58,140 bases of DNA from an uncultured Verrucomicrobiota bacterium (GCA_913030945.1 CAJWEP010000001.1:1-58140), one strand, 5' to 3'; counted from the first letter of the stretch, positions 7,467 to 18,221 are shown. A program made the numbers and translations. Notes: generated by a model from the letters alone, not told the origin.

Positions 7467-8897
7467 ATGCGCCGCCCACTCTCCATCACCGCGGCGGGCC
7501 TTCTGCTCGCCGGTTGTGCCACCGACTCCAACCGGACGGCTAGGGATTTTGCCAACGAACTACCCACCGAATGGACGGCCCCGGGCGTGAGCACCGGCCA
7601 GGCGGCGGCATTTTGGTGGCACAACTTTCGCGACGACCAATTGAGCGAGGCGATCGGGCAAGCCCTCGCCGCCAATCCGGATGTCTGGAGCGCCGCCGCC
7701 CGGCTCGAGGGCGCGTGGGCGCAGGCCAGGATCGCCGGCGCGGAACAGTTGCCCCAAATCGGCCTCAGCGGCGGCCTCTCAAAAAGCAAACTGAACATGG
7801 CGCAGTTCGGCTTCAAACTACCGGGGGGGAATCTGCCCAACGCATTCGTGAACGAACGCCATAACCTGACACTGGGCGCGCAGTGGGAACTCGACCTGTG
7901 GGGCCGCATACGCGCCGGCAAACGCGCTGCCCGCGCGAACGCGCTTGGCCAAGCGGCGGAGTTCGCCGGGGCTCGCCACTCGCTCGCCGGCCAAGTGGCC
8001 AAGGCTTGGATGCTGACCATTGAAGCACGACAACAGGCGCGCCTGGCAAAGTTTGCCGTCTCCACGCACGAGACGACGGTGGCGCAGGTTCGCACCCGGT
8101 TTGAGCAAGGCATTTTATCGTCACTGGACTTGCGCCTAGCCAGGGCCAACCTCGCCGTGGCCAGAGCGCAAGTCGCTGAACTCGAGTCGGTTGCCAGCCA
8201 AATGATTCGGCAGCTGGAGATTCTGCTTGGCCAATTCCCGGCCAACAAACTGGCGATTCCTGCGAAATTGCCCGAGGTGCCCCCGGCGATCCCGGCGGGC
8301 GTTCCGGCACAGATTCTTTCGCGACGGCCCGACCTCGTCGCCGCCGAGCAACGACTGTTCGCCACCGGTGCGACGCTCGCCCAAGCCAGGGCAACGCTCT
8401 ACCCGCAGATCAGCCTGACCGGCAGCAGCGGCACCTCGACGAGCGAACTCTCCGGGCTGCTCTCGGGGGACTCAGTGGTCTGGAATGTCGCCGCCAACCT
8501 GACACAACCGGTGTTCCAGGCCGGCCGGCTGCGCGCCAACGTTCGCCTGCAACGGGCCAACCTGAAAGCCGCCGAGGAAAGCTTCCGCTCGACAATGCTC
8601 GTAGCGATGGGCGAGGTGGAAAACGCACTCGACGCCGGTCGGCAACTGGCCACGATGGACGAGGCGCTTGGCGTCGCATACGAGCAGTCACAAGCCGCCG
8701 CGCAAGTCGCGCAGGAACGATTCGACCGCGGACTCGGGGACATGATCACGCTACTCGAAGCGCGCCGCCGCGCGATCAACGCCGAGGGCCAATGGAGGGC
8801 CGCACGGCGTCGCCAACTGGAGAACCGGATCAATTTGCACCTCGCCCTTGGCGGCGGGTTTGAATCGTTGAAGAGCAATGGAACCGCAAGGCAGTAA
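7467..8897 (+). CDS. Efflux outer-membrane factor lipoprotein (NodT/TolC family)
   Basis: Lipobox 'LLLAGCATD'. Two OEP-type repeats ('FWWHNFRDDQL', 'ILSRRPDLVAAEQRL', 'LYPQISLTGSSG'). In an operon with MFP and RND genes. Confidence 0.85.
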   Translation: MRRPLSITAAGLLLAGCATDSNRTARDFANELPTEWTAPGVSTGQAAAFWWHNFRDDQLSEAIGQALAANPDVWSAAARLEGAWAQARIAGAEQLPQIGLSGGLSKSKLNMAQFGFKLPGGNLPNAFVNERHNLTLGAQWELDLWGRIRAGKRAARANALGQAAEFAGARHSLAGQVAKAWMLTIEARQQARLAKFAVSTHETTVAQVRTRFEQGILSSLDLRLARANLAVARAQVAELESVASQMIRQLEILLGQFPANKLAIPAKLPEVPPAIPAGVPAQILSRRPDLVAAEQRLFATGATLAQARATLYPQISLTGSSGTSTSELSGLLSGDSVVWNVAANLTQPVFQAGRLRANVRLQRANLKAAEESFRSTMLVAMGEVENALDAGRQLATMDEALGVAYEQSQAAAQVAQERFDRGLGDMITLLEARRRAINAEGQWRAARRRQLENRINLHLALGGGFESLKSNGTARQ

Positions 8898-10116
8898 CCC
8901 CAACCGCAGGCTGAAAATCACCGGTACGTTTGCCGTGGCCATCATCGGCATCGGCCTCGCCGCCGTGCTGGTGAAGATCGGCAGGAAACCGGAATCGCAA
9001 ATCGCCAAATCAAAGCTACCGAGTGTGGAGGTGCAAATCGCGGAAGCGACCCGGCACACGTACCGGATTCAATCGCAGGGAACCGCCCTGCCCCGGACAA
9101 ACATTCGGCTCGTGAGCGAGGTCAGCGGCAAGGTGGTGTCGGTCGCGGAGTCATTCGACGCCGGACAGGTTTTTGCGAAGGACGACGTGCTGCTGAAGAT
9201 CGATTCGCGGGACTACGAACTGACGCTCGCGCAGGCGAAGTCACAGGTCGCCCAGGCGGAGTTGCGGTTGCTGATGGAGATCAAGGAGGCGGATGTCGTT
9301 CGTCGTGAATGGCAGTTGCTCAACCAGGGTGAGCCGACCGGTCTGCAGGCGCGCGAGCCGCAACTCGCCAGCGCCCGCGCCGCGCTTGAAGCCGCCCGTG
9401 CCACCGAGGAGGCGGCCAGGCGCAACCTCGACCGGTGCGAGATGCGTGCGCCGTTCGACGGCATGGTGGCCAGGACGAATGTGCGCCTTGGACAATTCGT
9501 CGCCTTGGCCACGCCGATTGGTGAGTTGTTTGCCACCGACGTTGCCGAGGTGCGTTTACCTTTGAATCCCAGTGACTTGGGCTTCATCAATGTGCCCAGC
9601 CCTAACAGGGAAACAGCGCTTGGCCAAGCGCCTAAGGTGATCCTCAGCGCAAGGGTCGGGAAAAGGAGCACGGAGTGGCAAGGCCATATTATGCGCTCGG
9701 AGGAAACGGTCGATCCGGTGAACCGAATGGTTTACGTGGTGGCACAGGTCGCCGACCCGTACGGCTTGACCAAGCGCAACGACGCGCCGCTGCGGAGCGG
9801 GACATTCTTGCGGGCCAGCATCGAAGGCCGCACACAGGAAAATGTCATCGTGATGCCGCGTCAGGCGCTTCGCGGGAAGGATCGTGTCTGGATCGTGAGC
9901 GAAGAAAGCACCCTGCATAAGTGGCTGGGGTACAGGGAGCCCGGTCACCAAAACCGGCTTACATTCAGGTCGGTGGTTGTTTCCTTCGCGGACGCCCGAC
10001 AGGTGGTCGTCACGGATGGCATCCGGGCGGGCGAGCAGGTGATCACTTCACTGCTTGCGGGAGCGATCAACGGCATGGCCGTGAAGGTTCGCGAACCGGA
10101 CTCGACGAATGAATAG
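8878..10116 (+). CDS. Efflux RND periplasmic adaptor (membrane fusion protein, HlyD family)
   Basis: N-terminal TM segment; lipoyl/coiled-coil pattern 'DDVLLKIDSRDYELTLAQAKSQVAQAE...RCEMRAPFDGMVA'. 20-nt overlap with the upstream gene and 8-nt overlap with the downstream gene. Confidence 0.85.
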   Translation: MEPQGSNPNRRLKITGTFAVAIIGIGLAAVLVKIGRKPESQIAKSKLPSVEVQIAEATRHTYRIQSQGTALPRTNIRLVSEVSGKVVSVAESFDAGQVFAKDDVLLKIDSRDYELTLAQAKSQVAQAELRLLMEIKEADVVRREWQLLNQGEPTGLQAREPQLASARAALEAARATEEAARRNLDRCEMRAPFDGMVARTNVRLGQFVALATPIGELFATDVAEVRLPLNPSDLGFINVPSPNRETALGQAPKVILSARVGKRSTEWQGHIMRSEETVDPVNRMVYVVAQVADPYGLTKRNDAPLRSGTFLRASIEGRTQENVIVMPRQALRGKDRVWIVSEESTLHKWLGYREPGHQNRLTFRSVVVSFADARQVVVTDGIRAGEQVITSLLAGAINGMAVKVREPDSTNE

Positions 10117-13100
10117 CCTGATCGAATGGTTCGCGAAGAACGGCGTCGCTGCAAACCTGCTGGCGATGTTCATCGTCGTGGTCGGTTTCCTGTCGATCGG
10201 GACGCTGCGGCAGGAGGTGTTCCCCGAGTTTTCGTCGGACATGATTCACATCGCCGTGCCCTACCCCGGCGCAGCGCCGGAGGAGGTGGAGGAGGGCGTC
10301 TGTCAAAAAATCGAGGAGGCGGTGTATGGCCTGACGGATGTCCGGCGGGTCAACTCGATCTCGTCTGAAAATGCCGCCGCGATCATGGTCGAGTTGATGC
10401 CCGGCTCGGACGCCTCCCGCGCACTCGACGAGATCAAGGCGCGTATCGACGCCATCGACACCTTTCCCGGAGAGGCCGAGAAGCCGGTGATCGAGGAGAT
10501 CATCATGCGCAAGCAGGTAATCAACGTCGCCGTGTCTGGCGAGGCGGGCAATGTCTCCGAGGCGACGCTGCGGCATTATGCCTCGCAGGTGCGCGACGAG
10601 TTGATGGCGCTGTCCGGCATCACGCAGGTGGAACTAGCCAATGTGCGCGACCTCGAGGTGTCGATCGAGATTTCCGAGGATGCGCTGAGGCAGTACGGCC
10701 TGACGTTTAACGAGGTGGCGCGGGCAGTCCGGAGTTCGTCCATCGACCTACCAGGCGGCTCGATCAAGGCCGATCGCGGGGGCGAAATCCTACTGCGAAC
10801 CAAGGGCCAAGCGAAGCGGGTGGTGGATTTCGAGCAAATTGTGCTGCGAACGCGCCCGGACGGCACGCGTCTGCGGCTTGGCCAAGTGGCGACGATCCAC
10901 GACGGTTTTGAGGACAACGACCGCGAGTCGTACTTCGACAGCAAGCCGTGCGCCCTCGTGAAGGTGTTCCGTGTCGGCGAGGAGAACGCCATTGCCATCT
11001 CCGAGATCGTTCATGAGCACGTCGCTGGCTCGAGGGATCGCTATCCGGAGGGCATCGAGTTGACGACCTGGCAGGATGACTCGACGTATCTGCGTGGACG
11101 GCGCGACCTGATGATCCGCAACGGCCTCACCGGGTTCTGTCTCGTGTTCCTCGTGCTGGCGTTGTTTTTACGTTTCCGACTGGCCTTCTGGGTGAGCCTG
11201 GGCATCCCGATCTCGTTTCTCGGCACGTTTTGGCTGATGCCGGCGTTGGACGTGTCGATCAGCATGATCTCGCTCTTCGCGTTCATTGTGGTGCTCGGCA
11301 TCGTGGTGGATGACGCCATTCTGATCGGCGAGAACATCCACGCGCATCACGAGCAGGGCACCCCCGGGCTAAAGGGTGCAATCGCTGGCGCCACAGAAAT
11401 GGCAAAGCCAGTATTCTTCGCTGTGGCGACCTCGATCGCCGCCTTCGCGCCGTTGATCTTCACTGCCGGCAACACCGGCAAGATCATGAAGTTCATCCCG
11501 CTGATCGTGATCCCAACGCTGTTTTTCTCGCTGATCGAGTCGCTGTTCATCCTGCCGAAACACCTCAGCAACCTGCGTAGGGTCGACAACATCGAACAAG
11601 GTACCGGGTTAGTCGGCAGATGGAGGCGGTTCCAGCACCGGTTCGTCGTGCGGATGGACCAGTTCATCCTCCGAATCTACAAGCCGAGCCTGCGCTGGTG
11701 TCTCGAGTGGCGATACATGACCATGGCCATCGCCGTGGCGATGTTCGCCATCACGATGGGACTCGTGGCAGGCGGGCACATCCGATTTGTATTTTTCCCG
11801 CCAGTTGAGGGCGACAACGTGGCCGCCACGGTCACCATGCCGCTGGGCACCCCCACCGAGGAAACCAAGCGCGCCGTGAAGAAACTAGAGAAGGCCGCCA
11901 TTGAGGTACAGAAACGGCTCGATGCCAGGACACCGGGAGACCACCCCAGCATCGTTCGTCACATGCTCAGCTCAGTGGGTAGCCAACCATTCAACACCGA
12001 CCAGAGTCGAGCCGGAGGCAGGGTCACTTCCTCCATCAAGGGCACAAATACCGGTGAGGTACACATCGAAGCTTTGCCAGCCGAGGAGCGAATGTTCAAC
12101 AGCTACGAGGTGGCGCGGCTTTGGCGCGATATCGTCGGCGACATGCCGGAGGCCGAAGAACTGCAGTTTACCGCCGACATCTTCCAGGCCGGAGACGCAA
12201 TCAACGTCGTGCTCACCGGTGCGGACTTTGACCAACTGCAAGACGCTGCCGGGTGGCTCAAGCAGGAATTGGCCAAGCTCAGAGGCGTCATCGACATCAC
12301 TGACTCGTTTCGACATGGCAAGGAAGAGGTGCAGTTGAAGATCAAGCCGGAGGCTGAGGCGCTTGGCCTGACGCAGGCCGACCTGGCGAGGCAGGTGCGG
12401 CAGGCGTTTTACGGGGACGAGGTGCAGCGGCTCCAGCGCGGGCGCGACGACGTCAAGGTCATGCTCCGCTATCCGCGCGAAGAACGCCGCAGCGTCGCCA
12501 ACCTCGAGCGGATGCGCGTCCGCCTGCCGGGCGGCATCGAGGTGCCGTTTGGCGAGGTGGCCAGCGTGACCCACGGCCGCGGCTACGAATCGATTCGGCG
12601 CATCGACCGGCGGCGCGCCGTCAACGTCACCGGTGACGTCGATGCCACCATCGGCAACACACAGGAGATCAACCGTCAACTCGAAACCGAACTGCTCCCC
12701 AAAATGCAGCTGGAGTTCCCCGGCATCTACTGGTCGTTCGAGGGCGAGAAGAGCGAGCAGGCCGAGACTCTCGCGAGCCTGCAGTACCTCTACATCATCG
12801 CGCTGGTCATCATTTATGGGCTGCTGGCGATTCCATTCAACTCGTACATCCAGCCGGTCATCGTCATGGCAGCGATTCCGTTCGGGCTGATTGGGGCGGT
12901 CTGGGGGCACGTCGTGATGGGCATGGATATCACCATTCTTTCCGGCTTCGGCGTCGTGGCATTGACCGGCGTGGTCGTCAACGACAGCCTCGTGATGGTG
13001 GACTATGTCAACCGCAAGCGCGGCATCGGCCTGAGCGAGATGGAGTCGGCGTGCCAGGCCGGCCTGGCCCGTTTTCGGCCGATCCTGCTCACGTCGCTCA

Positions 13101-13291
13101 CCACCTTCGCCGGCCTTACCCCACTGCTGCTCGAGAGAAGTCTGCAGGCCAAGTTCCTCGTGCCGATGGGCATCTCGCTTGGCTTCGGTGTCATCTTTGC
13201 CACTGTCATCACGCTGATCCTCGTGCCCTCAATGTACCTCATTCTCGAGGACATCCGCACCCTCCTCTTCGGCCCCGAGGATAAACTCTAG
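10109..13291 (+). CDS. RND efflux permease (AcrB/HAE family)
   Basis: 1060 aa with 12-TM RND architecture. 'VVLGIVVDDAILIGENI' and 'VALTGVVVNDSLVMVDY' are conserved TM4/TM10 motifs. Confidence 0.95.
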   Translation: MNSLIEWFAKNGVAANLLAMFIVVVGFLSIGTLRQEVFPEFSSDMIHIAVPYPGAAPEEVEEGVCQKIEEAVYGLTDVRRVNSISSENAAAIMVELMPGSDASRALDEIKARIDAIDTFPGEAEKPVIEEIIMRKQVINVAVSGEAGNVSEATLRHYASQVRDELMALSGITQVELANVRDLEVSIEISEDALRQYGLTFNEVARAVRSSSIDLPGGSIKADRGGEILLRTKGQAKRVVDFEQIVLRTRPDGTRLRLGQVATIHDGFEDNDRESYFDSKPCALVKVFRVGEENAIAISEIVHEHVAGSRDRYPEGIELTTWQDDSTYLRGRRDLMIRNGLTGFCLVFLVLALFLRFRLAFWVSLGIPISFLGTFWLMPALDVSISMISLFAFIVVLGIVVDDAILIGENIHAHHEQGTPGLKGAIAGATEMAKPVFFAVATSIAAFAPLIFTAGNTGKIMKFIPLIVIPTLFFSLIESLFILPKHLSNLRRVDNIEQGTGLVGRWRRFQHRFVVRMDQFILRIYKPSLRWCLEWRYMTMAIAVAMFAITMGLVAGGHIRFVFFPPVEGDNVAATVTMPLGTPTEETKRAVKKLEKAAIEVQKRLDARTPGDHPSIVRHMLSSVGSQPFNTDQSRAGGRVTSSIKGTNTGEVHIEALPAEERMFNSYEVARLWRDIVGDMPEAEELQFTADIFQAGDAINVVLTGADFDQLQDAAGWLKQELAKLRGVIDITDSFRHGKEEVQLKIKPEAEALGLTQADLARQVRQAFYGDEVQRLQRGRDDVKVMLRYPREERRSVANLERMRVRLPGGIEVPFGEVASVTHGRGYESIRRIDRRRAVNVTGDVDATIGNTQEINRQLETELLPKMQLEFPGIYWSFEGEKSEQAETLASLQYLYIIALVIIYGLLAIPFNSYIQPVIVMAAIPFGLIGAVWGHVVMGMDITILSGFGVVALTGVVVNDSLVMVDYVNRKRGIGLSEMESACQAGLARFRPILLTSLTTFAGLTPLLLERSLQAKFLVPMGISLGFGVIFATVITLILVPSMYLILEDIRTLLFGPEDKL

Positions 13292-13298
13292 ATACCCA

Positions 13299-13317
13299 GC
13301 TTGGCCAAGCGCTTGGC
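13299..13317. repeat. Intergenic doublet of the iterated palindrome
   Basis: gcttggccaagcgcttggc, 8 nt after the RND stop codon. Confidence 0.8.
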
Positions 13318-13347
13318 TTGAGGCGGCGGGGCGGCTACGCTGCCGGT

Positions 13348-14808
13348 GTGAAGCGCCTGTTTTTTTCTCTGACGATTCTTTGTGCGCTTGGCCTGCAATC
13401 CATCTCCGCAGCCAAGCCGAATATTTTGTTCATCATGGTCGATGACCTCGGCAAGGATTGGATTTCCTGCTACGGCGCGGACGACATCGACACACCGAAC
13501 ATCGACCGCCTGGCCAAGGGCGGTCTCAAGTTTCACAACGCATGGTCGATGCCGCAGTGCACGCCCACACGTGCCACACTACTTACTGGACAATACCCGT
13601 GGCGCACCGGCTGGGTGAATCATTGGGACGTGCCGCGATGGGGTGTCGGCTACTTTGACTGGGCCAAGTACACCACCTTCGCGGAGGTCATGAAATCCGC
13701 CGGGTACGCCACGGCCATCGCCGGCAAATGGCAGATTAACGACTTCCGGCTTGAACCGGAGGCGCTGCGAAAACACGGCTTCGACGACTGGGCGGTCTGG
13801 ACAGGCTACGAAACCGGCAACCCGCCGAGCAACGAACGCTACTGGGATGCCTACATCCACACGCGCGCCGGAAGCAAAACCTACAAGGACAAATTCGGGC
13901 CAGACATTTACTGCGACTTCCTCATCGACTTTATGAGGCAGCATCGCGACGAGCCGATGATGCTCTACTTCCCGATGGCGCTCACGCACGGCCCGCTTGT
14001 GCCGACTCCTGACGAGCCGAAGGTCACTGCGGGCAAGGACAAGCTCAAGGCCATGGTGCACTACACCGACAAACTCGTCGGGCGTCTGGTCGGCACGCTC
14101 GACGACCTAAACATCCGCAACCAAACAATCGTGATATTCACCACCGACAACGGCACGAGCGGCGGGATGCGCGGCACGACCAAAGGCAAGCGTCCCAGCG
14201 GCGGCAAGGGCTCGAAGTACGAGGGCGGCGTCTGCCAGCCGTTCATCGTCAACTGCCCCGGCCTTGTCCCCGGCGACCGCGAGACCGACGCGCTGACCGA
14301 CTTCTCCGACCTACTGCCGACCTTCGCCGAACTTGGCCAAGCAAAGCTGCCTAAGGGTGTTACGCTCGACGGCAAGTCGTTTGCTCCGCTGCTGCTTGGC
14401 CAGACGGACGACTCGCCACGCGACTGGATCATGGCGCTTGGCCACGGTGCAGGGCGACTCGACAAAAACGGCGTACGCGGTACCAACGATTTTGCGGACC
14501 GCGTCCTTCGCGACAAACGCTACAAGGTCTGGCTGGAGCACGAGCCAAAAATCACCGCGCTGTACGACCTCAAAACCGATCCGCTCGAGCAAAATAATTT
14601 GCTCAACAGCGACAAGCCGAAGCACTTGGCTGCGCTTAAAAAATTCCGAGCTATCATTGGCAGCCAACCGAAGATTGATGGCCGCCCGCTCTATCGCCCG
14701 CGCAAGACCAACTCGTGGGACAAGCAATTACAGTTCAAGGTGGAGAAACCGGCGGGCAACAAGCCCAAGCGCGAACGTCGACGCAAACGCAAGGCCGCCC
14801 AGCAATAA
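13348..14808 (+). CDS. Secreted sulfatase (Cys-type, C-T-P-T-R)
   Basis: 'KPNILFIMVDDLG', 'PQCTPTRATLLTGQYPWRTG', 'GKWQ', 'FTTDNG'. Start placed at GTG 13348 (VKRLFFSLTILCALGLQSISAA signal); the track start at TTG 13318 is possible. Lys/Arg-rich C-terminal tail. Confidence 0.85.
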   Translation: MKRLFFSLTILCALGLQSISAAKPNILFIMVDDLGKDWISCYGADDIDTPNIDRLAKGGLKFHNAWSMPQCTPTRATLLTGQYPWRTGWVNHWDVPRWGVGYFDWAKYTTFAEVMKSAGYATAIAGKWQINDFRLEPEALRKHGFDDWAVWTGYETGNPPSNERYWDAYIHTRAGSKTYKDKFGPDIYCDFLIDFMRQHRDEPMMLYFPMALTHGPLVPTPDEPKVTAGKDKLKAMVHYTDKLVGRLVGTLDDLNIRNQTIVIFTTDNGTSGGMRGTTKGKRPSGGKGSKYEGGVCQPFIVNCPGLVPGDRETDALTDFSDLLPTFAELGQAKLPKGVTLDGKSFAPLLLGQTDDSPRDWIMALGHGAGRLDKNGVRGTNDFADRVLRDKRYKVWLEHEPKITALYDLKTDPLEQNNLLNSDKPKHLAALKKFRAIIGSQPKIDGRPLYRPRKTNSWDKQLQFKVEKPAGNKPKRERRRKRKAAQQ

Positions 14809-14813
14809 ACCGC

Positions 14814-15521
14814 ATGCCCGAGGCGACACGAATCAAGGATCTGCCCGACAGCGAAAAGCCGCGTGAACGTCTCCTAGCCAAGGGCGCGGAGGCTCTTAAG
14901 GACAATGAATTAATCGCCATATTGCTTCGTACCGGGACGCAGGGCTTGTCGGCGATCGATGTAGCCCAGTCGCTGCTCAGTAAATTCAACTCACTTGACG
15001 CCCTGGCCAAGGCGCCTATCGAGGAATTGTGTGTGAAAGGCGTCGGCCGCGACAAAGCAGTCACGCTCAAGAGTGCGTTCAGCCTGGCCAAGCGCATGGC
15101 CGACGAACTGCGCGGCGAGGCGCCGGTGCTCGACACGCCGGAGAAGTTGGCCAGCCTGCTGCGCGAAGACAACCGGTTGCTCGAGGTCGAGCATTTTCAT
15201 GTCGTGCTCGTGAACACCAGACGGCGTCTGATCCGCGTCGAGACGCTCGCCCGCGGCACGCTCGACTCGCTGGTGACGCATCCGCGCGACGTGTTTCGCC
15301 CGGCCATCGCCGCCAACGCCTCGGCACTGTTCCTCGCGCACAATCACCCGAGTGGCGACCCCACCCCGTCGGAGGCCGACATCAAGTTCACGCGCGACAT
15401 CATCCGCGCCGGCAAGTTGTTGAAAATCGACGTACTGGACCACATCATCCTCGGTCGCCGCACGGCGAAGCGCGATAAAGACTACGCATCGCTCCGCGAG
15501 CTTGGATATTTTTACGAATGA
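14814..15521 (+). CDS. radC: RadC-family JAB/MPN domain protein
   Basis: 'IKDLPDSEKPRERLLAKGAEALKDNELIAILLRTGT' (HhH region) and the JAMM motif 'HNHPSGDPTPSEADIKFT'. Start at ATG 14814; the track ORF extends upstream into the sulfatase gene. Confidence 0.85.
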   Translation: MPEATRIKDLPDSEKPRERLLAKGAEALKDNELIAILLRTGTQGLSAIDVAQSLLSKFNSLDALAKAPIEELCVKGVGRDKAVTLKSAFSLAKRMADELRGEAPVLDTPEKLASLLREDNRLLEVEHFHVVLVNTRRRLIRVETLARGTLDSLVTHPRDVFRPAIAANASALFLAHNHPSGDPTPSEADIKFTRDIIRAGKLLKIDVLDHIILGRRTAKRDKDYASLRELGYFYE

Positions 15522-16291
15522 TCCACTCCACCGCAATCATCCATCCCGGAGCGCAATTGCACGAGAGCGTGCGGGTTGGCCCGTACTCCGTGATCGACGA
15601 ACACGTCACGCTCGGCGCCGGCTGCGAGCTTGGTCCGCACGTGCACCTCACCGGCCACACCTCGATCGGTGGGGAGAACCGCTTCCACACCGGCTGCGTG
15701 ATCGGCGACGCGCCGCAGGACATGAAGTACGGCAGCGAACCGACACGGCTCATCATCGGCGAGCGGAATCTCTTCCGCGAACACGTCACCGTACATCGGT
15801 CGAACACGCTGGATGAAGACACGCAGATCGGCTCGGAAAACTTCTTCATGGCGAACAGCCACGTCGGCCACAACGCCATCATCGGCAACAAGGCCATACT
15901 CGCCAACGGCGTGTTAATTGCCGGCCACGCCATGATCGGTGACGGGGCGTTTCTCGCCGGCAACGCCGTGGTGCACCAGTTCTGCCGCGTCGGCGCGATG
16001 GCGATGATGCAGGGCTGCGCCGGGGTGAGCCTCGACCTACCGCCGTTCTCGATCGTGCGCGGCATCAACGGCATGTGCGGCCTGAACAGCGTCGGTTTGA
16101 AACGCGCCGGCTTCTCGGCGGAGGAACGGCGACAGCTCAAGAAAGCCTATCACGCCATTTTTCTCTCCGGCGACCTGATGAAAGATGCGCTCGTAAAAGC
16201 CCGCACCGACTGCTCCGGTGTGCTGGCGGAACAGCTCATAGACTTCGTCGCCACCAGCCAGCGTGGTATCTGCTCCCACACCAAGCGCTGA
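15518..16291 (+). CDS. lpxA: Acyl-ACP--UDP-N-acetylglucosamine O-acyltransferase
   Basis: Left-handed beta-helix hexapeptide repeats 'IHSTAIIHPGAQLHESVRVGPYSVIDEHVTLGAGCELGPHVHL' and the LpxA C-terminal helical part 'GLNSVGLKRAGFSAEERRQLKKAY'. ATGA overlap with radC. Confidence 0.9.
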   Translation: MIHSTAIIHPGAQLHESVRVGPYSVIDEHVTLGAGCELGPHVHLTGHTSIGGENRFHTGCVIGDAPQDMKYGSEPTRLIIGERNLFREHVTVHRSNTLDEDTQIGSENFFMANSHVGHNAIIGNKAILANGVLIAGHAMIGDGAFLAGNAVVHQFCRVGAMAMMQGCAGVSLDLPPFSIVRGINGMCGLNSVGLKRAGFSAEERRQLKKAYHAIFLSGDLMKDALVKARTDCSGVLAEQLIDFVATSQRGICSHTKR

Positions 16292-16298
16292 TCGGCCG

Positions 16299-18209
16299 TT
16301 ACTCCGCGGTCGCAACCGGGCGGGGGGCGATCAGGGCCTCGATCTGCGGTAGATCAAACGACTCCAGTAGGCCGAAGCACATCATCTCCGGCATCTGGTT
16401 TGCCCCCTTGTTTTCGCGGATGACTTCCTTGAGACTCCGCATCGGGCCATGCAGTTTCAACGCGCTGATTGCACCGCTCTGCACCGCCGCGAGCCGCGCT
16501 GCCACGCTGAGCCGCCGGCCGACGGACTCGAGTTCCACCGGCTGCTTGAACTGCCCCGCCGCCCAGTTGGCCACCGCCGAGATTTGGCCGGCCTGCACGC
16601 CCAGAGCCCGCTCGCCCACAGCGTGCATCAGGATGACGTGCAGAAAATCGCGGCTCTTGATTTTCGACTCGCCGAAGAAAAACGGATCGAACGACACGAC
16701 ACGCTGGCCCTTGGCCAAGAGCGCCTCCACCCGCCCAGCCTGCGCCTTGCGGCCGGCGTCGGCGATGAGCAGCGTGGTGGCCTTGGGCGCTTCAGGCGTG
16801 AACACCGTGCCGGGCACCGTCCAGTCGCCACCGATCCGGAATTGATAATGCCCGGCCGCCCCCTCGCCGCCGACGCGCTTGGCCAAGGCGGTGTAGTTTT
16901 TGGCGTTGATAATCTTGAGCAGCCGCTGCCGCGGGTCGCCCTCGAACGGCCTGGGCAGCTTCTCCATCAGGCCAAGCGCGATTGAGTTGAAGTCGCCGTT
17001 GGTCTCGGGCAAGCCCACCCACAACGCATCGGCGGATTTCACCTCGTCCGCGCTAGGGATCTCCCGCCAGTCGAAGTCGCGGCCGTCGTAGAAAATGTCG
17101 CCGATGAAGCGGTAGAGCTGCTGTCGGTTGTCGAGCTCAAAGTTGTGCGAGCCAGGATCGTGATTGATGTGCGAGCGCAGGAAGCCACCGCGGCCCAGCA
17201 GGTCGAAAACCGGTTGCGCGGCGTTGAGCAGCGGCGGCAGCGCGTGGCCGGCAATGAAGCAGCATTGGTCCTTTGCGTTGTAAGTGAGCAGCGCAGCGCG
17301 ATTGGCCAGCATCGCGGTGAGGTGCGTGTAGTCGGCGTACAGCGCGAGGTCGTTGGGGGTTTGCTCCGAGTCGCCCATGTCCATGCCGTGGCGGGCGCGC
17401 GTCTTGAAGCTGGAGTAGCCGGCCACCGGATTGGCCAGCGTCACGCGCTCGTCGAGTGAGCTGATGATAATCGTCTGCCACCCGCCACCGGACAGGCCGG
17501 CGACGGCGACTCGCTCCGGATCGGCATTCGGATGCGAAAGCAGAATGTCGAGGCCCTTGCTCATGTTCAGGAAAAACGGCGCGAGGCCGGACGTGCCGCA
17601 AAGGTCCAGCTGATTCATCTGGTAATGGCCCATGCGGCTGGCGAACTGCCCCATGCCGATCCACTCGACGTTCAGCGCGATCATGCCGCGCTTGGCCTGG
17701 TTGATGCAGCGGAGCTGCTTGTAGTCCGCCGCCTTGCCCTTCGCATCGTGGCCGTTGACGTTGAGCACGACGGGGCGCTTGCCGGAGAGCTTTGTCGGCT
17801 CGTACAGCAGAGCCGGTATCCACCAGCCCGGCACGGCCTCAAAGCGCAGCTTCCGGATGCGGTATCCCGGCAAGCCCTCGATCACGGCGCTCCATTCCAC
17901 CCGCAGCGGCGTGTCCCGCCACTTCGCCGCCTCGCCGCGAAAGACCACCTTTTCGAGGACGTTCCGCCGGTACTCGGTGGCCTTGGCCTGCCATTCGGCG
18001 GCGCTGCGCACGCGCGGCATGTCCGGCACGCGCGTCTCGTTGAACACCCGCACCTCCTCCAGCGCAAGGGCAGGCCCGATGATTTCCTCCGCAAGCGCCC
18101 GCTCGATGGCACTGGCCGGTTTAAGTTCTTCGTCAGCGGCTTGGCCTGTGATTCCACCGAAAAAAACCAGCCCGGCCAGCGAGCAGGCAATGGCAACTGT
18201 TTGTTTCAT
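16299..18209 (-). CDS. Secreted alpha/beta-hydrolase (esterase/peptidase-like)
   Basis: Signal peptide 'IACSLAGLVFFGGITGQA'. Nucleophile elbow 'VAVAGLSGGGWQT'. 636 aa with no finer family recognised. Confidence 0.6.
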   Translation of the reverse strand: MKQTVAIACSLAGLVFFGGITGQAADEELKPASAIERALAEEIIGPALALEEVRVFNETRVPDMPRVRSAAEWQAKATEYRRNVLEKVVFRGEAAKWRDTPLRVEWSAVIEGLPGYRIRKLRFEAVPGWWIPALLYEPTKLSGKRPVVLNVNGHDAKGKAADYKQLRCINQAKRGMIALNVEWIGMGQFASRMGHYQMNQLDLCGTSGLAPFFLNMSKGLDILLSHPNADPERVAVAGLSGGGWQTIIISSLDERVTLANPVAGYSSFKTRARHGMDMGDSEQTPNDLALYADYTHLTAMLANRAALLTYNAKDQCCFIAGHALPPLLNAAQPVFDLLGRGGFLRSHINHDPGSHNFELDNRQQLYRFIGDIFYDGRDFDWREIPSADEVKSADALWVGLPETNGDFNSIALGLMEKLPRPFEGDPRQRLLKIINAKNYTALAKRVGGEGAAGHYQFRIGGDWTVPGTVFTPEAPKATTLLIADAGRKAQAGRVEALLAKGQRVVSFDPFFFGESKIKSRDFLHVILMHAVGERALGVQAGQISAVANWAAGQFKQPVELESVGRRLSVAARLAAVQSGAISALKLHGPMRSLKEVIRENKGANQMPEMMCFGLLESFDLPQIEALIAPRPVATAE

Positions 18210-18221
18210 GAGAATTGGGCT

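Noticed and set aside
7355-8365. Long antisense or alternate-frame ORFs. Besides this one: 11972-12910, 21102-22118, 22538-23638, 38331-39228, 42253-43314, 44086-45360, 45835-46537 and 55274-55912
   Set aside because: All lie opposite or out of frame to genes with clear homology signatures and show GC-frame artefact composition. None has a start context or motif that would support overlapping genes.
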